Below, one piece after another: positions 9,471 to 16,800 of a stretch of DNA of 18,234 bases (position 1 is its first letter; the number at the start of each line of letters is the position of its first letter). Under the pieces are notes generated by a model. It made no database searches. It saw only the letters and a program-made list of their open reading frames with translations, and was not told the DNA's origin. The DNA is from a virus. The translations under genes and the position numbers were made by a program. The stretch lies in UHGV virus genome UHGV-0285855; one strand, written 5' to 3'.

Positions 9471-10552
9471 TGCCTTATCAGCCTTTACCGCTGGCACAGT
9501 TAATCACGCAGACACAGCAGGATATCAGCCAGCGTCTGCCAGGTTCGCAGCCGGGTGTGAATGAAACCACCCTGAATGCCATTGCTTACGCTCAGGCAGG
9601 GTTATCTGCTCAGGAGCATGAGCATCTGGCCTGGATTGCGCGTCAGATCATCCCGACCGAAGCCGATGAAGCCGAACTGCTGAAACACTGTGCATTCTGG
9701 GGCGTCATGCGTAAGCCTGCCTCTCGGGGGGACGGGCCGGTTCAGCTGATGCTGACCACGGATGCGGGGATCACGGAAGGTGTGCTTCTCCAGCGCAGTG
9801 ATGGCGTGGTTTACCGCATCACCACCTCACTGACCGGTAAGGCCGGTACGCTGAATGTCAGTGTGGAAGCCGAAAGTGCCGGTCGTGCGGGAAATGCCCC
9901 AGCAGGGACAAAACTGACATTTATCACACCGCAGGCGGGGATCAACCAGACGGCCACGGTGACCGGAACGGGGATCACCGGTGGTGCGGATGTGGAAACC
10001 GTGCCGGAGCTGCTTTCCCGTCTGGTTTTCCGGGTGCAGAATCCGCCGTCCGGCGGCACGCAGTATGATTTCGAACGCTGGGCGCGTGAAGTGCCGGGCG
10101 TGACGCGGGCATGGTGCCGCCCGGAATGGCCGCAGGCGGGCAGCGTGGGGGTAACGTTCGTTCAGGATAATAACCCGGATATTTTCCCCGGTGACGGTGA
10201 TGTTCAGCGGGTGGCGGATTATATCCGCAGTCATGATGATCCGGCGACCGGCCAGCCTGTCGGACAGCCTCTGGGGCCGACAGTGACCGTGTTTAAACTG
10301 ACCAATAAGCCGGTGCCCTTCAGCATCAGGATCATCCCGAAAACACCGGAGAATCAGGCGGCCGTAAAACAGGCGCTGACCGACCTGTTATACAACGAAT
10401 CCCGGCCCGGCGGTCTGGTTCTGCCGTCGTCTTTCTGGCGTGCCGTGGCGGGGGTGAAAAATCTGGAGGATTTTGAAGTGCGCAGTCCGCTGACGTCAGT
10501 TCAGGCGGGAGACAGTGAGCTGCTGACGGTAGGAGAAATCACATGGCTGTAA
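9470..10552 (+). CDS. Baseplate J-like protein (Mu gp47-like)
   Basis: 360-aa ORF; TAATG stop/start overlap at 9468-9472; position between gp46 and gp48. Confidence 0.7.
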   Translation: MPYQPLPLAQLITQTQQDISQRLPGSQPGVNETTLNAIAYAQAGLSAQEHEHLAWIARQIIPTEADEAELLKHCAFWGVMRKPASRGDGPVQLMLTTDAGITEGVLLQRSDGVVYRITTSLTGKAGTLNVSVEAESAGRAGNAPAGTKLTFITPQAGINQTATVTGTGITGGADVETVPELLSRLVFRVQNPPSGGTQYDFERWAREVPGVTRAWCRPEWPQAGSVGVTFVQDNNPDIFPGDGDVQRVADYIRSHDDPATGQPVGQPLGPTVTVFKLTNKPVPFSIRIIPKTPENQAAVKQALTDLLYNESRPGGLVLPSSFWRAVAGVKNLEDFEVRSPLTSVQAGDSELLTVGEITWL

Positions 10553-11103
10553 CCCTGACCCCGCATCAGCGCGCCCTGTTGCAGTTACTGCCTGACGGGC
10601 TGGCATGGGACAAGCGTCCGTCATCCGTACTGGCATCGTTATGCCTGGGCCTCAGCCATTCGACAGCGCGTGTATCCTGGACGGGTAAACAGCTGCTTGC
10701 CGAGCGTTTCCCTGACACGTCTCGCCTGCTGCTGGAAGACTGGGAGCGTTATCTCGGCCTTCCTGAATGTGATATGGCCGGAGCCACCATAACGGAGCGA
10801 CAGCGTTATGCCGGAAATAAATACCGGATGAAGCCCTCGCTGAACCGTGAATTTTATATCCGGTTTGCGGCGGAGTTTGGGTATCAGATTGACATTCAGC
10901 CTTCACCGGATTCGCAGTGGGTCAGTATTGTCACGATTAACAGTGAAACCGACTACCGGAATATGAATGTGCTGGATGATATTCTCACGCCGCTGCGTAT
11001 TTATGAAGGCGGTGCGCTGGAATGTATTCTGAATCGTTATAAGCCTGCATGGCAGACGTTTATTTACGTGTATGCAAACAGCCACGAAGAGGAGAATATT
11101 TAA
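10543..11103 (+). CDS. Tail/baseplate protein Mu gp48-like (DUF2313-type)
   Basis: 186-aa ORF overlapping both neighbours; located immediately upstream of the tail fibre. Confidence 0.55.
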   Translation: MAVTLTPHQRALLQLLPDGLAWDKRPSSVLASLCLGLSHSTARVSWTGKQLLAERFPDTSRLLLEDWERYLGLPECDMAGATITERQRYAGNKYRMKPSLNREFYIRFAAEFGYQIDIQPSPDSQWVSIVTINSETDYRNMNVLDDILTPLRIYEGGALECILNRYKPAWQTFIYVYANSHEEENI

Positions 11104-11984
11104 TGTTTCATGTTGATAATAATTCCGGCGTGGCGAATATGCCTGCGCTGGCACCGGCGCAGAGTAATACCACCACCTGGTTTACCGAAGGTGACGGACA
11201 AAAAGGTATCAGCTGGATTGGTCAGGACTGGCTGAATATTCTCCAGGCCGAACTGCTGAATATTCTGGCTGAAGCCAGTATTCAGCCGGATAAGGCGCAG
11301 TTAAACCAGCTTACGCAGTCCATTAAAGCCATTATCGCTGCGAATGCCTTTTCCCGGAAAAATAACCTGAAAGAAATTGCTGATGCCGGAACGAAAGCAC
11401 AACAGCTTGCCCGTGGTTATCTTGGTCTGGGGGCGCTTGCCACAAAAAACAGTCTTGGTCCCGGTGACGTTAATGCCCTGGCGAAGGATCAGAATCTGGC
11501 CGACCTGGAGAATAAGGGAACCGCCCGTAATAATCTGGATGTTTACAGCAAAAGCGAGGGTGATAACCGTTACCTGCGCAGGGAGCAGAACGGCGCAGAC
11601 ATTCCGGATAAAGGGGCTTTTATCGATAACGTCGGTTTACGGGAAACGGTAAACAAGGCCGCGAACGCACTGCCATCGAATGGAACGGCCGTTGCCGCGA
11701 ACAGGCTGGCAAATGCCCACACAATTAATGGGGTTCCCTTTGACGGGACCATGGATATCACTATCTCATCAGGAACAGTAACCGCTGTAAGGCTGGGGTC
11801 GGTGACAGCACATATGCCCGGAACATGGGAAAGCTGGGATCTTAATCTGGGGGGCGGTAATGTTATTACCGGAATTAAAGTACAGGATGTCGGTAAGAAT
11901 ACGGCAGATAACGTCGGCGGCGTGTATTACCGGCCGTTGCAGTATCTGTTAAATGGGGCATGGGTGACGGCAGCGAGTATATAA
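11103..11984 (+). CDS. Tail fibre protein: constant N-terminal part plus the currently fused variable C-terminus
   Basis: Start ATG at 11103 overlaps the gp48 stop (TAATG). The reading frame passes in frame through the left crossover site at ~11632 into the invertible segment. C-terminus ...[19 protein letters not shown] is paralogous to the alternative cassette end. Confidence 0.8.
   Translation: MFHVDNNSGVANMPALAPAQSNTTTWFTEGDGQKGISWIGQDWLNILQAELLNILAEASIQPDKAQLNQLTQSIKAIIAANAFSRKNNLKEIADAGTKAQQLARGYLGLGALATKNSLGPGDVNALAKDQNLADLENKGTARNNLDVYSKSEGDNRYLRREQNGADIPDKGAFIDNVGLRETVNKAANALPSNGTAVAANRLANAHTINGVPFDGTMDITISSGTVTAVRLGSVTAHMPGTWESWDLNLGGGNVITGIKVQDVGKNTADNVGGVYYRPLQYLLNGAWVTAASI
11620..11645. 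promoter_or_regulatory. Left gix/hix-like 26-bp recombination site of the invertible segment
   Basis: TTATCGATAACG-TC-GGTTTACGGGAA. The inner half-site is identical to the reverse complement of the inner half of the right site; the outer half differs; the central dinucleotide TC is the complement of GA at the right site. Confidence 0.6.
11632..11737. repeat. Left copy of 106-bp perfect inverted repeat (IR-L)
   Basis: Base-by-base comparison: 11632-11737 equals the reverse complement of 12845-12950; imperfect extension to ~11749. Confidence 0.9.
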
Positions 11985-11992
11985 TGGCGTTC

Positions 11993-12012
11993 AGAAGGCC
12001 TTCCGGCCTTCT
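11993..12012. terminator. Hairpin between convergent tail-fibre and tfa stop codons (putative bidirectional terminator or stabilising structure)
   Basis: Perfect 8-bp stem AGAAGGCC/GGCCTTCT with 4-nt loop TTCC; weak U-tracts on both sides. Confidence 0.4.
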
Positions 12013-12015
12013 TCA

Positions 12016-12537
12016 TTACTGTGGCTGTTCAGGCCATTTAATGGCGTTAAATTCAGCTTCAGTTTTAATGGCGGGTAATACCATTTTTTTCACCTGACTG
12101 ATGTATGCCATCCATCTGGTAAGTGCGGCTCTGTCTTCATCACTGATGGTGCCCAGTTGTAGTTCTGTTCTCCAGTCATTAATTTTTTCATATGCCTGAT
12201 TAAGATATGACTGGCGCAGTTCTTCCGCTTTTTTGTCGTAGTTGACCGGAAGCGGTGAGATGACGCCATTATCAAACTTCCAGTTACCTGAAATATCCGT
12301 GCCTTCAGGGAGTTCATCGGCCTCAACCACAGAGAATCCCACAGGATACAGCGCCGAGGCGTCCTGTGATATTGAGCAGATAATGCCGCTGTCAGGTGTT
12401 ATGCAAAGTTTATATTTTTTGGTGAATAATGGCAGGGACTCGTAGAAATCCTTACCATCTTCACTCTGAAAATACTGAACATTATTACCATATGGCATAT
12501 TTTCAGGATAATAACGGGTTATATTTTTTAGTTCCAT
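12016..12537 (-). CDS. Tail fibre assembly chaperone (Tfa / Mu U-like)
   Basis: 173-aa ORF; C-terminus ...SDEDRAALTRWMAYISQVKKMV...IKWPEQPQ fits the conserved Tfa C-terminal signature; AGGAGG upstream on the minus strand. Confidence 0.8.
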   Translation of the reverse strand: MELKNITRYYPENMPYGNNVQYFQSEDGKDFYESLPLFTKKYKLCITPDSGIICSISQDASALYPVGFSVVEADELPEGTDISGNWKFDNGVISPLPVNYDKKAEELRQSYLNQAYEKINDWRTELQLGTISDEDRAALTRWMAYISQVKKMVLPAIKTEAEFNAIKWPEQPQ

Positions 12538-12588
12538 AAAATCCTCCTGGAAATAAATCTGTTTTAAAATATATTATTTACCGCCTAT

Positions 12589-12949
12589 TTATAACTGAGA
12601 TACCGTAATCCATGAGCCATTTATGTATATCTGTAGTGGGCGAAAATAAGCAAAATCGCCACTGTTATCCACTTCACCCGCTATAGATAACGCCGTCATT
12701 ACACATCCTCCTATACCGATTTTTCCCCCGAATGGCATTAATACAGACATTTCTGAACCCAGTCTCACATTCTGCACATAACGGGCATCACCATCCAGCA
12801 GAGTCATACCAGAAGTGATGTTTATATCCTGCGTTCCGTCAAAAGGAACCCCATTAATTGTGTGGGCATTTGCCAGCCTGTTCGCGGCAACGGCCGTTCC
12901 ATTCGATGGCAGTGCGTTCGCGGCCTTGTTTACCGTTTCCCGTAAACCG
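12589..12949 (-). CDS. Alternative tail-fibre variable C-terminal cassette (promoterless; expressed only after inversion)
   Basis: The minus-strand frame reads ...[31 protein letters not shown]...YFRPLQIYINGSWITVSQL; the first ~35 codons are encoded by IR-R and are identical to the current fibre. Confidence 0.7.
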
Positions 12950-12950
12950 A
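12845..12950. repeat. Right copy of 106-bp perfect inverted repeat (IR-R)
   Basis: Reverse complement of 11632-11737. Confidence 0.9.
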
Positions 12951-12962
12951 GGTTTTCAGGAA
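12937..12962. promoter_or_regulatory. Right gix/hix-like 26-bp recombination site
   Basis: TTCCCGTAAACC-GA-GGTTTTCAGGAA, a near-palindromic 26-mer closely resembling the gix consensus, at the outer edge of IR-R. Confidence 0.65.
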
Positions 12963-13027
12963 AGCCCCTGTTCTCCCCGTTTTATTCATCATGCGACAAT
13001 TCCGGCTTTTTATAATAAGGAGATCGT

Positions 13028-13600
13028 ATGCTGATTGGGTATATCAGGGTGTCAACAAATGACCAGAATACGGCGCTACAGAGAAATGCGCTGGAATGTG
13101 CAGGATGTGAGCTGTTTTTCGAAGACAGAATAAGCGGTAAGACAAGGGAACGTCCCGGCCTTAAACGCGCATTAAAGCGACTCCGGCCAGGGGATACCCT
13201 GCTGGTCTGGAAACTGGATCGTCTTGGACGTAGTATGCAGCACCTTGTCCTTTTAACAGAAGAACTCCGGCAGCGCGGCGTTAACTTCCGCAGCATTACG
13301 GACAATATTGATACATCCACTCCCATGGGACGTTTCTTTTTCCATATAATGGGCGCACTGGCGGAAATGGAGCGGGAACTCATTATTGAACGTACACGCG
13401 CGGGTCTTGCTGCTGCCCGTGCTCAGGGGCGTCATGGCGGCAGACCTCAGAAACTGACAGGGAAAGAGCGGGAGCAAATCGCCCGTTTGCTGGCTAATGG
13501 CGAGTCCCGTAAACAAATCGCACTGATATTTGATATTGGCCTGTCCACCCTTTATCGTTATTTTCCTGCCTCACCGGCTCCGTCACCAAAAGTACCGTGA
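13028..13600 (+). CDS. gin: Serine-recombinase DNA invertase (Gin/Hin/Cin/Pin family)
   Basis: 190 aa; N-terminus MLIGYIRVSTNDQNTALQRNAL... with catalytic Ser in RVST; resolvase-type catalytic domain plus C-terminal helix-turn-helix (LSTLYRYF); AAGGAG 5-10 nt upstream of the ATG; adjacent to the invertible segment. Confidence 0.9.
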   Translation: MLIGYIRVSTNDQNTALQRNALECAGCELFFEDRISGKTRERPGLKRALKRLRPGDTLLVWKLDRLGRSMQHLVLLTEELRQRGVNFRSITDNIDTSTPMGRFFFHIMGALAEMERELIIERTRAGLAAARAQGRHGGRPQKLTGKEREQIARLLANGESRKQIALIFDIGLSTLYRYFPASPAPSPKVP

Positions 13601-13685
13601 CGCTTTTTTGAATTTCCGCAAAACACATATTTTTCAGCGGTCGCTATTCTGACTCTGTTTAATTCAGAAACAGGCAGAAAAGACG

Positions 13686-15734
13686 ATGTCAGACTCCCAG
13701 TGGAAAATGCTCTCCGCCATGCCCGGAGAGTTTTCAGTCAAGGTTGCCGGTGGCACGGTGGCATTTATTGAAAGTCCTTTCCGGCCTTCGGGTAATAAAG
13801 GCGGGATCACCTTCGCAGACTGCGTGATCCGCTTCAGCACGAAAGAGCCATTATGGATAATGCCGGTATCAGGTAATCCCAGCGCAGAAATCACCAGTTC
13901 AGGCGTGACCGGTATCATTCCGATCACATCTGACGTGGCCGGAACACTCACACCTTCTGACTGGAGTGCACCGGATAACGCCGGATCTTCTGGTGGCACA
14001 AATGGCAGCAGTACAGAGCCGGAGTATTACTATGTGCTTCCACTGACCGGGCAGTCCAACGGGATGGCCTACGGTGAAGGGCTTCCGTTGCCGGATTCAT
14101 TTGACCGTCCTGAACCGCGCATTAAGCAACTGGCCCGACGCAGTACGGTAACGCCGGGTGGTGAAGCCTGTTCTTATAACGATGTCATTCCCGCAGACCA
14201 CTGTCTGCATGATGTGCAGGACATGAGCGGGATGAACCACCCGAAAGCTGATCTGGCAAAAGGCCAGTACGGGACTGTCGGTCAGGGGCTGCATATTGCC
14301 AAAAAACTGCTGCCTTATATTCCGCAGAATGCCGGGATACTTCTGGTTCCCTGCTGTCGTGGTGGTTCGGCATTCACCGCCGGGGCTGATGGCTCATTCA
14401 GTGAGGCCAGCGGTGCTTCCGCTGATTCTTCACGCTGGGGAGTTGGTAAACCCCTGTATCAGGACCTGCTCAGTCGCACCAGAGCGGCGCTGGCGAAGAA
14501 CCCGAAAAATAAACTTCTGGCTGTGGTATGGATGCAGGGAGAGGCAGACCTTGCTTCAGGAAGTCAGCAGCATAATGGTTTATTTACAGCCATGGTTCAG
14601 CAGTTCAGAACCGACCTGTCTCCGCTTGCTGCGCAGTGCGTGAGTGGAAATGCTGCCACGGTGCCGTGGATTTGTGGTGATACCACGTATTACTGGAAAA
14701 ACACGTATGCCACGCAGTATGAAACAGTCTATGGCGCATATAATAATCTGACCGCACAGAATATTTTCTTTGTGCCGTTCCTGACGGATGAGAATGGACA
14801 GAACACGCCAACGAATGCTCCGGCGGAAGACCCGGATATTGTGGCTGTCGGGTATTACGGTGCGGCATCCCGTACCCAGGGCAGTTTTGTCTCCACACAG
14901 CGTGACAGCCATTTCAGCTCATGGGCACGCAGGGGCATCATTTCTGACCGTCTGGCCTCAGCCATTCTGCTCCATGCGGGACGCACGGCTGAAGTTATGG
15001 GCGGACAGGCCGTGCCGCCGGATGAAAAACCATCCCCTGACACGCCATCAACGCCGTCAACGGACGGGAAATCAATGACGACGCTGTTTTCTTACCGCGC
15101 ATCGGAGTCAGGCGGAGCACTGACGCCACAGGGCTGGGGGGCGGAAGGCGGTAGTGCTGCTGTTGTGGATGATGTCGGTGCCAGCGGGGGCAAGGCGCTG
15201 AAGCTGACAAAACAGACCGGAAAGTCATGGTTTATGCAGCATGATGCCGGTAATGGTGCCGACCTGCTGGAAAAAGGTGGCCTTGTCAGCTGTCGTTTTA
15301 AACTTGATGGCGCGCTTACGGCTAATCAGTACGCACTGGCGCTGTACTGGCCGGTTTCTTCGCTGCCTCAGGGCGTCACACTGGAAGGTAATGCCGGCCA
15401 TAACCTGCTGGCATCGTTTTACGTTCAGAGCGATGCCACAGACCTTAACGTGATGTACCACAAGGGTAATCCAGACCAGAACACGAAGCTGGGTTCATTC
15501 GGTGCATTTAATAACGAATGGCATACGCTGGCATTCCGTTTTGCCGGTAACAACAGTATTGAGGTAACGCCGGTGATTGATGGACAGGACGGGACACCGT
15601 TCATGCTGTCGCAGTCTCCGGTAGGGACACTGGCGGCAGACAAGTTACGCCTGACCGATATCACCAGTAATGCAACGTATCCGGTACTGATTGACAGCAT
15701 TTTGGTGGAAGTGAATAACCCGTCAGCAGGATAA
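13686..15734 (+). CDS. Multidomain carbohydrate O-acetylesterase, SGNH/SASA (sialate-O-acetylesterase-like, NanS-like) family
   Basis: 682 aa; GQSN block at aa 122-125 (nt 14049-14060) in place of GDSL; WMQGEAD block; DSH near the C-terminal part of the catalytic domain; extra N-terminal (~115 aa) and C-terminal (~230 aa) domains. Confidence 0.65.
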   Translation: MSDSQWKMLSAMPGEFSVKVAGGTVAFIESPFRPSGNKGGITFADCVIRFSTKEPLWIMPVSGNPSAEITSSGVTGIIPITSDVAGTLTPSDWSAPDNAGSSGGTNGSSTEPEYYYVLPLTGQSNGMAYGEGLPLPDSFDRPEPRIKQLARRSTVTPGGEACSYNDVIPADHCLHDVQDMSGMNHPKADLAKGQYGTVGQGLHIAKKLLPYIPQNAGILLVPCCRGGSAFTAGADGSFSEASGASADSSRWGVGKPLYQDLLSRTRAALAKNPKNKLLAVVWMQGEADLASGSQQHNGLFTAMVQQFRTDLSPLAAQCVSGNAATVPWICGDTTYYWKNTYATQYETVYGAYNNLTAQNIFFVPFLTDENGQNTPTNAPAEDPDIVAVGYYGAASRTQGSFVSTQRDSHFSSWARRGIISDRLASAILLHAGRTAEVMGGQAVPPDEKPSPDTPSTPSTDGKSMTTLFSYRASESGGALTPQGWGAEGGSAAVVDDVGASGGKALKLTKQTGKSWFMQHDAGNGADLLEKGGLVSCRFKLDGALTANQYALALYWPVSSLPQGVTLEGNAGHNLLASFYVQSDATDLNVMYHKGNPDQNTKLGSFGAFNNEWHTLAFRFAGNNSIEVTPVIDGQDGTPFMLSQSPVGTLAADKLRLTDITSNATYPVLIDSILVEVNNPSAG

Positions 15735-15740
15735 AAAAAT

Positions 15741-15773
15741 GCCGCCGGTAAGGGAAAACAAGAAACCGGCGGC
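15741..15773 (-). terminator. GC-rich hairpin with a 7-nt T-run on the minus strand (intrinsic terminator for leftward transcription; weak for the plus strand)
   Basis: Stem GCCGCCGGT (15741-15749) pairs with ACCGGCGGC (15765-15773); A7 at 15732-15738 becomes U7 immediately 3' of the hairpin on the minus strand. Confidence 0.35.
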
Positions 15774-15867
15774 AAATGTCGTCATATCCAAAGCAAAACA
15801 TGCAGGACGATTTTTTAACCAACAGGTATTAACGATGTCAACACCATATCAATAACCGGGAGGGATA

Positions 15868-16050
15868 ATGACATTTTTACAGCTTATTTTATTGTATTTC
15901 TGCACGGTGGTATGTGTCTTATATCTGGTGAGCGGTGGTTATAAGGCCATCAGAAATTATGTTCGCCGCAAAATTGATGACGCAGCAGCCGAAAAGCTCA
16001 GTAAAACAGCGCAGGCAACTCCGCTCCCAAAAGACCCGACCCAGCCCTGA
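15868..16050 (+). CDS. Small membrane protein (single N-terminal TM helix), function unknown
   Basis: 60 aa; hydrophobic stretch LQLILLYFCTVVCVLYLVSGG; GGGAGGG 5 nt upstream of the ATG. Confidence 0.5.
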   Translation: MTFLQLILLYFCTVVCVLYLVSGGYKAIRNYVRRKIDDAAAEKLSKTAQATPLPKDPTQP

Positions 16051-16085
16051 TTGCAGGGCTTTATTCCCGCATAAGGAGGATATAC

Positions 16086-16340
16086 ATGCCAGAAATTAAA
16101 GGCACCGTCACTGAAGACCTGGTAAAACAGGCACTGTATTCCGGTGAAGTAAATAAGTTGCTGAAAGCGCAAGTCCGCAAGGATTTTGAGGCACAAATCG
16201 ACACTTACGTTGATGAAGTGCTGGCAAAACTTATTGGACCAGCTGCTGCGGCCAGTGATGCTGATAATGAGCCGAAAACCGAAGCACAGCCAGAACAACC
16301 AGACCCGGCTCAGCCCGGAACTGACAGCACCATGATGTAA
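16086..16340 (+). CDS. Hypothetical small acidic protein
   Basis: 84 aa; AAGGAGG 7 nt upstream of the ATG; followed by an intrinsic terminator. Confidence 0.5.
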   Translation: MPEIKGTVTEDLVKQALYSGEVNKLLKAQVRKDFEAQIDTYVDEVLAKLIGPAAAASDADNEPKTEAQPEQPDPAQPGTDSTMM

Positions 16341-16346
16341 CAATAC

Positions 16347-16379
16347 AAACCGGCAGTTTCTCCTGTCGGTTTTATTTTC
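16347..16379 (+). terminator. Rho-independent terminator
   Basis: Stem AAACCGGCAG / CTGTCGGTTT (one G-U pair), loop TTTCTC, followed by TATTTTC. Confidence 0.55.
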
Positions 16380-16415
16380 ATGGGCGCTTTATATACCAAT
16401 CAGAGGACGATAATC

Positions 16416-16616
16416 ATGGACAAGAATAAAAAGCAACCTGATACCAAAGGCCTGGAAATATTAAGCACAGAAATTATCAATGCGCTACGTTCAGGACTTG
16501 ATGAAGATACATTACAGGATCGAAACTTCACCACCGCAATGTGGATAGCTATGCAGATCCTGTGTACCCCAAGATGCGCTATTTTTGCGGTTCGTGAAGG
16601 TCAACTGACTCGCTGA
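16416..16616 (+). CDS. Hypothetical small protein
   Basis: 66 aa from ATG 16416 (GAGGA 8 nt upstream); the longer ORF from 16380 lacks a ribosome-binding site. Confidence 0.4.
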   Translation: MDKNKKQPDTKGLEILSTEIINALRSGLDEDTLQDRNFTTAMWIAMQILCTPRCAIFAVREGQLTR

Positions 16617-16732
16617 TTGCACGAATTACATCAGAAAATCAGGCGTTCCATAACTGCATAGCTGATGAATCACCTCCCTGAATCATTGTTGATGACTTTT
16701 CAATCTATTTGTTGTATCAATTAAACAAATCG

Positions 16733-16757
16733 AATCGATCGTTTTTGTCGATCGATT
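16733..16757. promoter_or_regulatory. GATC-containing palindrome upstream of com (candidate Dam-methylation-sensitive operator/promoter element)
   Basis: AATCGATCG-TTTTTGT-CGATCGATT: two copies of CGATCG, each containing a Dam site (GATC at 16737-16740 and 16750-16753), ~45-65 bp upstream of the com ATG. Confidence 0.4.
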
Positions 16758-16800
16758 AGGCGAGAAAGGTATCATCAACAAAGCAGGAGGTTATGCGGCC

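Larger units (their letters stand above)
11633..12949. other. Invertible DNA segment (Mu G-segment / P1 C-segment type) switching the tail-fibre C-terminus
   Basis: Bounded by inverted repeats with gix-like sites; contains two alternative in-frame fibre C-terminal cassettes in opposite orientation; a Gin-like invertase gene lies immediately outside. Confidence 0.75.

Noticed and set aside
11049-11102. N-terminal extension of the tail-fibre ORF (start at 11049)
   Set aside because: It overlaps the end of gp48; the ATG at 11103 in a TAATG stop/start overlap gives the typical fibre N-terminus MFHVDNNSG...
12815-13015. Plus-strand 66-aa ORF across IR-R, and its mirror minus-strand ORF 11570-11761 across IR-L
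   Set aside because: Both are the antisense reading of the inverted-repeat-encoded fibre segment (they share ...[39 protein letters not shown] because the DNA is an inverted repeat); artefacts of the repeat, not genes.
13011-13016. Perfect TATAAT hexamer as the invertase promoter -10
   Set aside because: It lies only 12 nt upstream of the ATG and overlaps the ribosome-binding region, with no -35 at proper spacing; more likely part of the AT-rich ribosome-binding context. The true promoter could not be placed confidently.
12982-13383. Minus-strand 133-aa ORF antisense to the invertase gene
   Set aside because: It fully overlaps the strongly supported invertase on the opposite strand and has no start-site support.
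15957-16343. Minus-strand 128-aa ORF opposite the small plus-strand ORFs
   Set aside because: The plus-strand ORFs have strong ribosome-binding motifs and a terminator; the antisense frame has neither.
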